Assembly (NCBI GenBank): GCA_035939575.1
Contig: DASZFS010000504.1
Coordinates: 302-64,301, forward strand
From: Vicinamibacterales bacterium
GTDB lineage: Bacteria > Acidobacteriota > Vicinamibacteria > Vicinamibacterales > CAVVIG01
Reading direction: 5' to 3'
Length of the DNA stretch: 64,000 nt
The position numbers and the translations under genes were made by a program. The notes under the pieces are model-generated. The model saw only the letters and a list, made by a program, of their open reading frames with translations. It searched no databases and was not told the DNA's origin. Below, in pieces: positions 1-8,635 of this stretch (the stretch's first letter is position 1; each line of letters starts with the position of its first letter).

Positions 1-314
1 CCCGCCTCGCCGAGACGGTAGAAGACCCCGAAATTCAGAATCTGCCCGACGATCGCGACGCCAAGGCCGACGACCACGACGCCGAGGCTGGCGTCGACCG
101 GCCACAACGATCCGCGGCCGTAGACGTAGCACCATCCGATGAATACGCCCGCCTGCACGGCCTTGAAGCTCGCGAACAGCAGGCGCAGCGCGGCAATGGG
201 TTCCCGGAAGCGCTCGGGCATCATCTGCCAGCACAGGTGCTGGAACCCGCCTGGACTGCGCCAGATCCACGCATAGGCGAGGCGCTCGACGCTCAGCAGC
301 GCGGCGGCGCCCAC
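1..314 (-). CDS. PEMT/ICMT-family membrane methyltransferase (partial; C-terminal part lies beyond the left edge)
   Basis: A minus-strand frame is open from GTG at 314 (20 nt after the upstream stop) to the window edge. Translation VGAAALLSVERLAYAWIWRS...VAIVGQILNFGVFYRLGEAG is hydrophobic and resembles the G-x-x-L-N...LG..G segment of phospholipid/isoprenylcysteine methyltransferases. It is absent from the ORF track because it is truncated. Confidence 0.4.
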   Translation of the reverse strand, partial: MGAAALLSVERLAYAWIWRSPGGFQHLCWQMMPERFREPIAALRLLFASFKAVQAGVFIGWCYVYGRGSLWPVDASLGVVVVGLGVAIVGQILNFGVFYRLGEA

Positions 315-333
315 AATGAACCAGACGCTCACG

Positions 334-2565
334 TCAGGCGCGCTGCGCCCGCGGCCGCGGGAAGTAGGCAATGATGTCCGTGATCGGATCGGTCACGAGC
401 TTCACGAACCAGATGAGCGACAGCCGCACGTTGTGCTTCCAGATCAGGTAGATCACGCGCAGCGCCACAACGAAGACCGTCCAGCGGAACCAATGCAGCG
501 CGATGAGATCCAGGTGCGACGTGAACACGCCCTCCCAGGAAGTAAAGCCAGCAATGCCAGCAATGCCAACGATGCCAGCGGCGCCCGCCATCGCCATGTC
601 GATCACCGGGATCAGCAGATAGCCCAGCACGATCAGCGTCTTGTCGCGGGTCGTGTACCCGAGCAGCAGCTTTTCCTCGTCGTGGCACGCCGGCTCGAGA
701 ATCGCGTGACCAAACTGCCGCACGCACAGCGACGCCAGGCCCCAGCACATGGCCGTCGTCAGATCCGAGAAGATCCTGAAGTAGCAATAGACGAACACGC
801 TCGAGCTCAAGAGATGGAGCAGCTGGTTCCCGACGTCGTTGTGTGAGGCATGATGGTCGTCGTGCTTGCGCTGCATCACCGCGGCATAGAACGTCTCAAT
901 CGGCTTCGGCACGCGCACGATGCTTCCCAACAGCTCTCGAACCAGGCGCCATTTCATACGTCGCTCCCTTTCTGGATATTCGTCCGTTGTCAGCCACCAT
1001 CCGTCTCTCTTCATCGCGCGCGCGGCATCCAGCAACTTCATCTGAAGCGCCCCGTAATCCTCCGCCGTGAAGTCCATGCTGATCAGGCAACGGCCGGTTC
1101 CGACCCAGCTGAGCATCACGCCCTCCGCCCGGAGGTAGTACTGGAGCAGCCAGTTGTAGCGGCTCGGTTCCTTGAAGAGGACGGTCCACACGGTTGCCAG
1201 GTTGACCAGCCGCACCGGTAGGGCGGCCTCCACCAGCTGCTGGTTGGTCGACTGCACCCACGCGCTGCATCGATCGTTCGACCCGGCGTAGAGCGCCCCC
1301 GTCCCCGGCTCGACCGCCCACCGGAGGAATTCATTCATCGCGCCCATCACCATCGGGTGAGCGGAGAAAGTGCCGACGACATAGGCGAGCCGCATGGGGC
1401 GGTCCGGATCGAAGCGGCGCATCAGCGTCGACCGCCCGCACACGGCGCCGATGGGCATTCCGCCCGCAACCGTCTTGCCGTACACGACCATGTCGGCGGA
1501 GACGCCGAAATACTCCTGCGCGCCGCCCGCGGCGAGACGGAAGCCGGTGTACACCTCGTCGAAGATCAGCGGGACGTCGCACTCGGTGCACACCCGGCGG
1601 AGCTCCCGCAGCCACTCAGCGTAGCGTTCGGTCGATTCCTGGGTTTTCCGGACGTCGCTCGTCATCAGCACCGCGTCGTTCGGTGGTGGCGAGTTCGGAT
1701 GAAACGACTGCACGGGATTGACGAGAACGCCCGCGATCTCCCCCGCGCGACGCCGAATCACCGCGAGCGACGCCGGGTTCAGGTCCTTCAGCGTCAGGCA
1801 GTCATCGAGCGGCCGCTCGCTGCCGAGCCCGGTCTGCACGCCGTCCCACCACCCGTGATACGCCCCCGAAAAGCAGACGATCCGCTTGCGGCGGGTGTTG
1901 AACCTCGCCAGCCGGACGGCCGCCATCACCGCTTCGGTGCCGCTCATGTGAAACGACACTTCCTCGAGCCCCGACACGCGCTTGAGCAGCGCGATGTTCT
2001 CCGCAACGACCGGATGCAGCGGACCGAGAACCGGCCCGAGATCTTTCACCCGATCCCACCCCCGCGCGATCCACGCCTTGTAACGATCGAAGCCCGCGAC
2101 ATTGAGACCGTACGATCCGCTCACGTCGATGGTCCAGTCACCATCGAGCGTCCGCAGCCTCGGCCCGTCAGATGCCGTCACCACCGAGCAGAGGTTGAAC
2201 TTCTCACGGACGACGCGGGCGAACGGGAACGGCACGCGGCTGACATCGGTGAACCGCAGATCGGAGAAGCTCTCGCGGACGTCGTTTCCCCAGGCAACCG
2301 ACCGCGCGTACTGTGCCTGAAGCCCCGCGGCCAGCTGGTTCACGCCGCGCCGCCGCCGCTCGACCCATGGCGCGCCTGCGCCGTCGGCCGCCAGGAACGC
2401 ATCTTCGCTGTAGTCATGCGCTCGCACCCACCGGGCCATCCGGCGGGAGACGACCGGCACCAGCGCGAGCGCCGGCAGGGTCCTCAACATCCTCACGAGC
2501 CGGAGACAGACATAGGCACCGAGGGATAGGGCGCCGAGGGAAAGACCCGCCAGGGCCAGCAGCAT
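334..2565 (-). CDS. Class-III (GSA-aminomutase-like) PLP aminotransferase fused to an N-terminal TM helix and a C-terminal His-rich multi-TM domain
   Basis: Track ORF 334..2613. Aminotransferase-III core motifs are present (HMSGTEAVMAAVRLARF, LIFDEVYTGFRLAAGGAQEYFG, VYGKTVAGGMPIGA). The C-terminal ~170 aa are membrane-like with DDHHASHND and FGHAILEP. Start set at ATG 2565 because AGGAG lies 5 nt upstream; ATG 2613 is the alternative. Confidence 0.75.
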   Translation of the reverse strand: MLLALAGLSLGALSLGAYVCLRLVRMLRTLPALALVPVVSRRMARWVRAHDYSEDAFLAADGAGAPWVERRRRGVNQLAAGLQAQYARSVAWGNDVRESFSDLRFTDVSRVPFPFARVVREKFNLCSVVTASDGPRLRTLDGDWTIDVSGSYGLNVAGFDRYKAWIARGWDRVKDLGPVLGPLHPVVAENIALLKRVSGLEEVSFHMSGTEAVMAAVRLARFNTRRKRIVCFSGAYHGWWDGVQTGLGSERPLDDCLTLKDLNPASLAVIRRRAGEIAGVLVNPVQSFHPNSPPPNDAVLMTSDVRKTQESTERYAEWLRELRRVCTECDVPLIFDEVYTGFRLAAGGAQEYFGVSADMVVYGKTVAGGMPIGAVCGRSTLMRRFDPDRPMRLAYVVGTFSAHPMVMGAMNEFLRWAVEPGTGALYAGSNDRCSAWVQSTNQQLVEAALPVRLVNLATVWTVLFKEPSRYNWLLQYYLRAEGVMLSWVGTGRCLISMDFTAEDYGALQMKLLDAARAMKRDGWWLTTDEYPERERRMKWRLVRELLGSIVRVPKPIETFYAAVMQRKHDDHHASHNDVGNQLLHLLSSSVFVYCYFRIFSDLTTAMCWGLASLCVRQFGHAILEPACHDEEKLLLGYTTRDKTLIVLGYLLIPVIDMAMAGAAGIVGIAGIAGFTSWEGVFTSHLDLIALHWFRWTVFVVALRVIYLIWKHNVRLSLIWFVKLVTDPITDIIAYFPRPRAQRA
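547..582. repeat. In-frame 9-bp tandem repeat (GCCAGCAAT x2, GCCAACGAT, GCCAGCGGC)
   Basis: Read directly. It encodes ...AGIVGIAGIAG... in the C-terminal membrane domain of the aminotransferase fusion. Confidence 0.6.
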
Positions 2566-2791
2566 GTGCGCTCCTCTCAATTGCCCTAATGAAATAACGC
2601 ACACGGATGTCATTCTCGCGACGATCGTGCGATGCGTGTGTCAATAGAGAGGGCTGCCAGACGTCCGGGCCACAAGCGGTGACAAAGAGTTTGCACGTCC
2701 GTCACACCGCCCTCTCGGACAGCGCACGCCGGCCCTCCACGTCACGCTGCGCGAAAGCGGGCACGTTCACGTCCATCCCAAGGGCGACACC

Positions 2792-2974
2792 GTGCGCGAA
2801 GTCCTCAAGTACGTCGCATTCGATGCCGAGGCGCTGGTGGCGAAGCTGCGCGCCGACGTCGAGACAGCCGTCCGCGGCGGCCGGCTTGACTATGAGGAAT
2901 CCGGACGCCTGCTCCGGTTCTACGAGGACGGGCTCAACGGCTATACCTACCTGGAGGAACGCCAGGGCCGCTGA
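2792..2974 (+). CDS. Small hypothetical protein (60 aa)
   Basis: GTG-initiated ORF with normal, non-Arg-rich composition (VREVLKYVAFDAEALVAKLRADVETAVRGGRLDYEESGRLLRFYEDGLNGYTYLEERQGR). It has no competing gene on the other strand. I do not recognise the family. Confidence 0.35.
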   Translation: MREVLKYVAFDAEALVAKLRADVETAVRGGRLDYEESGRLLRFYEDGLNGYTYLEERQGR

Positions 2975-2992
2975 ACAAGACCGGCGCGGTAT

Positions 2993-3114
2993 GGGCCTGA
3001 AGACTCATGTCGCGTGCAGTTGCCTACGCTCTGGAGCCAGTGACGACCTTTTTTCAGCCCGTGACAATCTTGCTCTTGGGGCGAGGCAACTGCACGCGGC
3101 ATGAGTCTTCAGGC
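2993..3114. repeat. Palindromic REP/MITE-like element, copy A (full, variant spacer)
   Basis: Left arm 2993-3029 is GGGCCTGAAGACTCATGTCGCGTGCAGTTGCCTACGC. Right arm 3081-3114 is its reverse complement (GCGAGGCAACTGCACGCGGCATGAGTCTTCAGGC). It lies between convergent stops at 2974 and 3152. Confidence 0.8.
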
Positions 3115-3151
3115 TCATTGTGAATCTTCAGTGTCGTTCGTGCCCGAGGCA

Positions 3152-6100
3152 TTAATGAAAGTCCCGGCTTCTGAGGTGCTCGGGCGCCGGGACCCCTTTC
3201 GGGATCCACAATCGGCGAACGATCAGATGAACGACGTTGTCCTTCGATTCGATCGTTCCCGCAACGCCCAGCCAATGCGCGATCCGGGCCAGGATCGAGA
3301 ACGCCTGAAAGACCCGCTCCCACAAGACCAGATTCACGAAGCCGGTCTCGTCCTCGAGCGTCATGAATGTCACATTCGAGGCGGTGGACGGCCGCTGGCG
3401 GCACGTCACCAGGCCGGCACAGCACGCGAGCGTGCCCGACGCCAGCGTCTGCACCGTCCGCGCGTCGAGAAACCCCTGCCGCTCGAGCATCGGCCGCAGC
3501 GGGGCGACCGGATGCCCGCGCACGCTGTGAGACGACGACTGATAATCCCACGCGATCGTCTCGGCCCCGTCAAGCGGCGGGAACACGGGCTCATGTTCCC
3601 CATGATCATTGTCCGCCGGTGACATCATCAGTGGTAAGCGCGCATCGCTCACCACGCCTGGCACTTCCCACAAGGCGGATCGGCGCGAGAGATCGAGCGT
3701 CTCGAACGCGCCCGCTTCGGCCAGGGCCGCCAGCGCCCCTTTGTCGAGCCCGGTCTGACGCGCCAGATCGGACAGCGACGGCCGTGTCAACAACGACGGC
3801 GCCGCCTCACGCGCGGCCCCGAGGCGCGCCCAGTCGGCCTCGCCGAAGCCTTTCACGAAGCGCAGCCCCATGCGCACAGCCCAGCCAGCGCCCACAGCCA
3901 GAGCGCCTGCCACTTCCAGCGTGCAATCCCACTCGCTCCGCTGCACATCGACCGGCCGCATCTCCACGCCCAGGCGCTTGGCGTCTTCGACGATCGTCGC
4001 GATCGAGTAGAACCCCATGGGCTGCGCGTTCAGGAGCGAGCAGATGAACTCCGCTGGGTAATGTCGCCGGAGATAGGCGGCCGCGTAGCTGATGATCGCG
4101 AACGAAGCGGCATGGCTCTCCGGAAATCCATATTCACCGAAGCCTTGAATCTGTTTGTACACGCGCTGCGCGAACTCGAGCGCGATGCCTTTGGCCTGCA
4201 TCCGTGAAACCAGGCGTTCTTCGTGCTGCTCCAACCGTCCGGACCGCCGCCACGCCGCCATATCGCGGCGGAGTTGATCGGCTTCGCCCGGCGTGTAGTC
4301 GGCGGCGACGATCGACAGCTTCATGACCTGCTCTTGAAAGAGCGGGACGCCCAGCGTCTTCGCGAGCACGGGCCTCAAGCATTCGTGCGGATAGACGACG
4401 TCTTCCTCATTGTTGCGCCGGCGCAGGTACGGATGGACCATCCCGCCGGAGATGGGACCGGGCCGGACGATACTTATCTGGATGACGAGGTCGTAGTACG
4501 TCTGCGGCCTCAAACGCGGCAGCATCGACATCTGCGCGCGCGATTCGATCTGGAAAATGCCGATCGTCTCCGCGCGGCAGATCATGTCGTAGGTCGGCTG
4601 ATCGCCTTCCGGGATGGTCGCCATCGACAGATGGACCCCGCGATGACGTTCGAGCAGACGGAAGCAGAGATCGAGCTGCGTCAGCGCGCCGAGGCCGAGG
4701 ATGTCCACCTTGAACAGCCCCACCGCCTCGACATCATCCTTGTCCCACTGGATGACCGTGCGGTCGGCCATCGTCGCGTTTTCGATCGGCACGATGTCGT
4801 GGACCGGCTCGTGCCCCAGGAGAAAGCCGCCGGGATGGATCGACAGGTGCCGGGGCGCGTCGAGAATCTCCTGACTCACCTGCAGGAGATGACGATTGAG
4901 CGGCGTCTCGGGGTCGAGCCCTGCCTGCCGCAGCGCCTCCACCGACAGCCCCGCGTGGTGCGACAGCAGCTTCGCCAGCCGGTCGAGCATCGTCTCGGAC
5001 AGGCCGAGCGCTTTGCCGACGTCCCGCACCGCCGATCGCGGCCGGTACCGGACCATGTTGGCGACCATGGCGGCGTGGCTGCGGCCGTACTTCTCATAGA
5101 TATGTTGAATCACCTCTTCCCGCCGCTCGTGCATCACGTCGAGATCGATGTCGGGCGGCTCGTTCCGCTCTTTGGAGAGAAACCGCTCGAAGAGCAGATC
5201 GATCTGCATCGGATCGACCGCCGTGACGCCCAGCGCATAGCAGACCACCGAGTTCGCCGCCGACCCTCGACCTTGACACAGGATGCCGTTGGTCTCGCAG
5301 AACTGGACGATGTCGTGCATGGTGAGGAAATAGCCGCCGTAGTCCAGCTCGTCGATGAGACGCAGTTCTTTGTCGAGCTGATCGGCGATTTTGCCCGGCA
5401 CCTCGCCGTGATACCGCTTGCGCGCGCCCTCGTAGGCAAGGTGGCGGAGCCATGACGCGGAGGTCATGTCTCCGGGTACCCGTTCGGCAGGGTAGCGGTA
5501 GCGAAGCTGGCTCAGCGAAAAGGTGCAGCGCGCGGCAATCTCGCGCGTGCGCGCCACGGCTGCCGGATCGTCGGCGAAGAGCGCGGCGAAGGCATCGGGG
5601 CTGAGAAGCGTGTGCTCGGCATTCGGTTTCAGGAGCCGGCCGGCTGTATGGATCGTCACGCCGTGACGGATGCAGGTCATCACATCCTGCAGGGCGCGGC
5701 GGGCGCGGGTGTGATAGAGCACTTCCACCGCCGCCGCGATCGGAAGACCGTAGCGGGCGGCCCGCGCCCGCAGGCGCGTCTCTTCCGCCACTTCGGTATC
5801 GCGGCGATGACGCGCCACCATCGCGTAGAGGCGATCGCCGAAGGCGTCGCATAAAGAGCCCCTTTCCCCGGGTGCCGGATCTGGTTCGCGCACGAGCAGG
5901 CTTGCATCGCCGCCCCACAGCGCCAACACGCCGCCGGCATGACCGCAGACCTCCTCCCACGTGACGATCGATTCCCCTTTCGGCCGACGCCGCCGCCCCA
6001 GGGTCAGGAGCCGGCACAGATTCGCGTGGCCCTGCCGATCCTGCGCGAGCAGGACGAGGGTGGACGAGCCCGACGAGCCCGACGAATCTGACAGGGCCCC

Positions 6101-6322
6101 ATCAGCAACAGTGACCTGTGCCCCGATCAGCAGCTGCAGCTTCTGTTCCGCCGCTTTGACATGAGCGCGCACGATGCCGTAGAGGCCATCGCGGTCCGTG
6201 AGCGCGATGGCAGGAAGACCGAGGTTGGCCGCCTGCTCCACCAGTTTCTCGGGATGGCTCGCGCCCTCGAGGAACGAGCCGTTGCTCTTGCACCAGAGCG
6301 GGACGTACTCGCGGGGCGTCAT
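3152..6322 (-). CDS. dnaE2: Error-prone DNA polymerase III alpha subunit DnaE2 (ImuC)
   Basis: Translation from [49 protein letters not shown] (PHP domain) through Pol III alpha core motifs, 1056 aa. ATG 6322 forms an ATGA overlap with the imuB stop. The 156 Arg-rich codons further upstream in the track ORF overlap imuB and are discarded. Confidence 0.9.
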   Translation of the reverse strand: MTPREYVPLWCKSNGSFLEGASHPEKLVEQAANLGLPAIALTDRDGLYGIVRAHVKAAEQKLQLLIGAQVTVADGALSDSSGSSGSSTLVLLAQDRQGHANLCRLLTLGRRRRPKGESIVTWEEVCGHAGGVLALWGGDASLLVREPDPAPGERGSLCDAFGDRLYAMVARHRRDTEVAEETRLRARAARYGLPIAAAVEVLYHTRARRALQDVMTCIRHGVTIHTAGRLLKPNAEHTLLSPDAFAALFADDPAAVARTREIAARCTFSLSQLRYRYPAERVPGDMTSASWLRHLAYEGARKRYHGEVPGKIADQLDKELRLIDELDYGGYFLTMHDIVQFCETNGILCQGRGSAANSVVCYALGVTAVDPMQIDLLFERFLSKERNEPPDIDLDVMHERREEVIQHIYEKYGRSHAAMVANMVRYRPRSAVRDVGKALGLSETMLDRLAKLLSHHAGLSVEALRQAGLDPETPLNRHLLQVSQEILDAPRHLSIHPGGFLLGHEPVHDIVPIENATMADRTVIQWDKDDVEAVGLFKVDILGLGALTQLDLCFRLLERHRGVHLSMATIPEGDQPTYDMICRAETIGIFQIESRAQMSMLPRLRPQTYYDLVIQISIVRPGPISGGMVHPYLRRRNNEEDVVYPHECLRPVLAKTLGVPLFQEQVMKLSIVAADYTPGEADQLRRDMAAWRRSGRLEQHEERLVSRMQAKGIALEFAQRVYKQIQGFGEYGFPESHAASFAIISYAAAYLRRHYPAEFICSLLNAQPMGFYSIATIVEDAKRLGVEMRPVDVQRSEWDCTLEVAGALAVGAGWAVRMGLRFVKGFGEADWARLGAAREAAPSLLTRPSLSDLARQTGLDKGALAALAEAGAFETLDLSRRSALWEVPGVVSDARLPLMMSPADNDHGEHEPVFPPLDGAETIAWDYQSSSHSVRGHPVAPLRPMLERQGFLDARTVQTLASGTLACCAGLVTCRQRPSTASNVTFMTLEDETGFVNLVLWERVFQAFSILARIAHWLGVAGTIESKDNVVHLIVRRLWIPKGVPAPEHLRSRDFH

Positions 6323-7815
6323 TCCACGTGTCCCTGGAGGAAGATGCGATCTTTCCGGCGGTCGTCGTACATCCACCACAGGTTCCCCTCGTCGGTTCGA
6401 GCAAAGTAGTAGTCGCGATGGACGCCCCCGCCTCCCCACCACCCTCCCGACATGACGTAGGGCCCGGCGAGCGTTTGGGCGCGAACAGGGAGAGCGCCCC
6501 CGCTGCGCCCACTGGGCCCGCTGGACATCGACGGCAGCGCGATCGGTTTCGTATAGATACGCCGCACGAGCGGGCGCAAGGTCACCACGCGCGGCGTCGC
6601 CTGGGCCGGCACTTCGTCGAGGCGCTCCCAGGCGAAGCGCGCGGTGGGCAGATGTGCATCGCAGACGCGGGCGCGCACGACGCTGTCGTCGCCGCATTCC
6701 GCGCGCAGCCTCGCGAGCGCCTGATTGGCCGCATCGGGATCGCGACGCGCCTGCTGCAGCAACCGGCGCTGGGCGGGTGTCGCCCCGCACGTGTCGGCTC
6801 TCACGCGCAGGGTCACGATGCCCGCCGGGAGCCGAAGCGCGTCCAACCGCAGGCGTACGAGCGTCAGCAGCTGTGCCGCATCGAGCGTCGATGCTGCCGG
6901 GCGGACGCGTTCGACCTGCGTCGAGCGATCGTCGAGCTTCATCCAGAGCGTGAGCGCCACGACCGCGTGCGCCTGGCGCGCGATCGCCGCGATCAGCGAA
7001 TCCAGTAGACGCTTGACGACGAACACCAATCGCTCGGTGTTCGTCTCCGGCGCGTCGAAGTGCAGCTGCCGCTCCTGCGGCTCGTCGGCAGGAACGGGAA
7101 CGAGCGGCGCCCAGCGCTGACCGGAGGCCAGCCGGTAGAGCGTGTCCGCCGCCTCACCGAATCGGTGCCGGACAGCGTCGCCCGGTAACCGCAGGAAATC
7201 GCCGACGGTCTCGATGCCGAGCGTCAGCAGGCGCTCGCGGACATCCGGATCGAGATCCAGGCACGAGAGCGGGACACGGCGGACCGCAGCGCGTTCTTCA
7301 CCTGCCTCGGCGCAGATCGCCGTGCCTTGATAAAATTTTGCCAGGGCGTAGGCGCCGAACCGGCTGACCCCGACGGCGACGGTCCCTCGCATGCCGGCGC
7401 GTTGAAGCTCGAGACGCACCGCCTGCGCCCAGGCGTGAAGCGAGGGATACAGTCGGGTCAGCCCTTTGGCGTCGAGCCAGAAAATGCCAGGTGTGTCGGC
7501 TGATGGCTCGACGTGCGGCGAATACCGCCGCAAACACTCCGCGAGGAAGCGGACGTGTTGATCGATTTGCGACCGCGAGACAACGGCCGCCCGGAGATCC
7601 TTCGAGAGGGCGAGCGCCGTCGCATACCGTTGCCCGGAGCGAACGCCGGCGCGATAGGCCCGCGCGTTGAGGAACAGCACGAGCGCCTGCGGCCGATCGT
7701 CTTCGACCACGGCGACCGGGAGATCGATCCACCCCGGCTGGACCTGCAGCAGGAGCTGGAGCGGGAGCGCGGCGACATTAACGCAGGCCAGCCGGTCCAC
7801 GACACGCCTCAACAT
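6319..7815 (-). CDS. imuB: ImuB, Y-family-polymerase-like protein of the mutagenesis cassette
   Basis: Lies between imuA and dnaE2. The N-terminus [24 protein letters not shown] and overall length fit ImuB. The start is uncertain: ATG 7815 chosen, with GTG 7800 or ATG 7881 possible. Confidence 0.75.
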   Translation of the reverse strand: MLRRVVDRLACVNVAALPLQLLLQVQPGWIDLPVAVVEDDRPQALVLFLNARAYRAGVRSGQRYATALALSKDLRAAVVSRSQIDQHVRFLAECLRRYSPHVEPSADTPGIFWLDAKGLTRLYPSLHAWAQAVRLELQRAGMRGTVAVGVSRFGAYALAKFYQGTAICAEAGEERAAVRRVPLSCLDLDPDVRERLLTLGIETVGDFLRLPGDAVRHRFGEAADTLYRLASGQRWAPLVPVPADEPQERQLHFDAPETNTERLVFVVKRLLDSLIAAIARQAHAVVALTLWMKLDDRSTQVERVRPAASTLDAAQLLTLVRLRLDALRLPAGIVTLRVRADTCGATPAQRRLLQQARRDPDAANQALARLRAECGDDSVVRARVCDAHLPTARFAWERLDEVPAQATPRVVTLRPLVRRIYTKPIALPSMSSGPSGRSGGALPVRAQTLAGPYVMSGGWWGGGGVHRDYYFARTDEGNLWWMYDDRRKDRIFLQGHVE

Positions 7816-8422
7816 GGGTCCATCCCGGACCGGCCCGTTTGTCCTTGAGGACCTGAATCCGCACGTTGTAACACCCGTCACCCGCCACCCACTGGGCTTC
7901 GGCGCGCAGCGAAATCAGCGAGTTGAGCGACGCGTCATGAGGTGATTTCTTCGTCAGGACGATCACGGCGGTCTCGTGCGCGCGGGCGAGCCCCAGCAGA
8001 CGCGTCAACAGCGCCATGGGAAGCGTCATGCGCCCTCCAGCCTCGCCGGACAGGTCGATCACGACGAGTCCGAATCCGCCGGAGCGGACGAGATGATCGG
8101 CGGCGCGCGCAGCGACGCGCGCATCGGGAACACGCACGACGGGCAACGCGTCGAGATCGACGCCCCCATCGGCCACATCGGGGGGAAAAAACGAGCTGTG
8201 CTCGAGCGAGACCCAGGCCGCACGCTCGCCGCCGAGCTGGGCGTCGAGCACGAGACCGAACGCCGCAGTCAGATGCGCGGTGCGCTCCCATCCTGAAAGC
8301 TCCACGAGCCGCCCGGCCAGGTGATCAACGCGCCAAATCTGGGCAGCGCCGGAATTCGAGGGCGGCGAAACCGGGAGCGCTTTCACCAGCTCATTTAGAT
8401 ACGAATAAAAAGCGAAAGTCAA
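7778..8422 (-). CDS. imuA: ImuA, RecA/SulA-fold protein of the mutagenesis cassette
   Basis: 214-aa ORF directly upstream of imuB. The segment GRLVELSG...GFGLVVIDLSGE...ETAVIVLTKK is a degenerate RecA-like core typical of ImuA. The start is TTG 8422 (GTG 8386 alternative). Confidence 0.65.
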   Translation of the reverse strand: MTFAFYSYLNELVKALPVSPPSNSGAAQIWRVDHLAGRLVELSGWERTAHLTAAFGLVLDAQLGGERAAWVSLEHSSFFPPDVADGGVDLDALPVVRVPDARVAARAADHLVRSGGFGLVVIDLSGEAGGRMTLPMALLTRLLGLARAHETAVIVLTKKSPHDASLNSLISLRAEAQWVAGDGCYNVRIQVLKDKRAGPGWTHVEACRGPAGLR

Positions 8423-8434
8423 CGGAGAATTGAA

Positions 8435-8541
8435 TATCTGGTTATCGGGTTATCTGGTTATCTGGTTATCTGGTTATCTGGCAAGCAATAACCGGTAATC
8501 TGGCAATCAATAACCTAATAACCAGATAATCAAATAATCAA
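8435..8541. repeat. AT-rich array of about 13 degenerate 8-bp units: CTGGTTAT x5, then ATAACC-containing units, then ATAATCAA x2
   Basis: Read directly. 8438-8477 holds five near-perfect CTGGTTAT copies. 8487-8523 carries three AATAACC (the reverse complement of GGTTATT). 8526-8541 is ATAATCAA x2. The 8-nt register is kept throughout. Confidence 0.9.
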
Positions 8542-8635
8542 ATTCACCATTCCCCTTCTGGTCCTGGCCGGCGCAGCCGCAGCCAGGCAGGATCGTCCCC
8601 TCTTCTCCGCCGAGTCGGCGCTCGTCGTTCTCCAC

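Noticed and set aside
1357-2529. Long ORFs antisense to well-supported genes. Examples are 1357-2529, 4223-5455, 10185-11903, 25621-27381, 28778-30145, 31572-33092, 47609-49252, 49239-50642 and 55941-57884.
   Set aside because: Each lies fully inside, and antisense to, a gene with clear family motifs. Their translations are Arg/Pro/Ala/Gly-rich with no recognisable motifs. This is the usual consequence of stop-codon scarcity in GC-rich DNA.
2647-2716. A possible structured RNA in the 2614-2791 intergenic region: GAGAGGGC...GCCCTCTC outer stem with an inner GGTGAC/GTCAC hairpin, and repeated CACGT words.
   Set aside because: An 8-bp complementary pair within ~180 nt of GC-rich sequence is close to chance expectation. 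I could not match it to any riboswitch class and had no covariation evidence.
6323-6790. A 156-codon N-terminal extension of the dnaE2 ORF, and similar upstream extensions at 11540-12139, 19869-20039, 30149-30250, 44927-45505 and 54889-55017.
   Set aside because: The extensions overlap the preceding gene and are Arg-rich. They end at an internal ATG/GTG that gives the family-typical N-terminus, often with an ATGA/GTGA overlap or an SD sequence.
8435-8541. The 8-bp repeat array as a CRISPR array.
   Set aside because: The units are 8 bp long and directly abutting, with no spacers. No cas genes are present.
8435-8541. The repeat array as a cluster of Fur boxes, DnaA boxes or Geobacter-type LexA boxes.
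   Set aside because: The resemblance is only partial. GATAATCAAATAATCA has 8-nt rather than 6-nt hexamer phasing. TTATCTGGT shares only TTATC with TTATCCACA. GGTT-N2-C-N4-G-N3-ACC is not satisfied. The window has no replication genes to suggest an origin.
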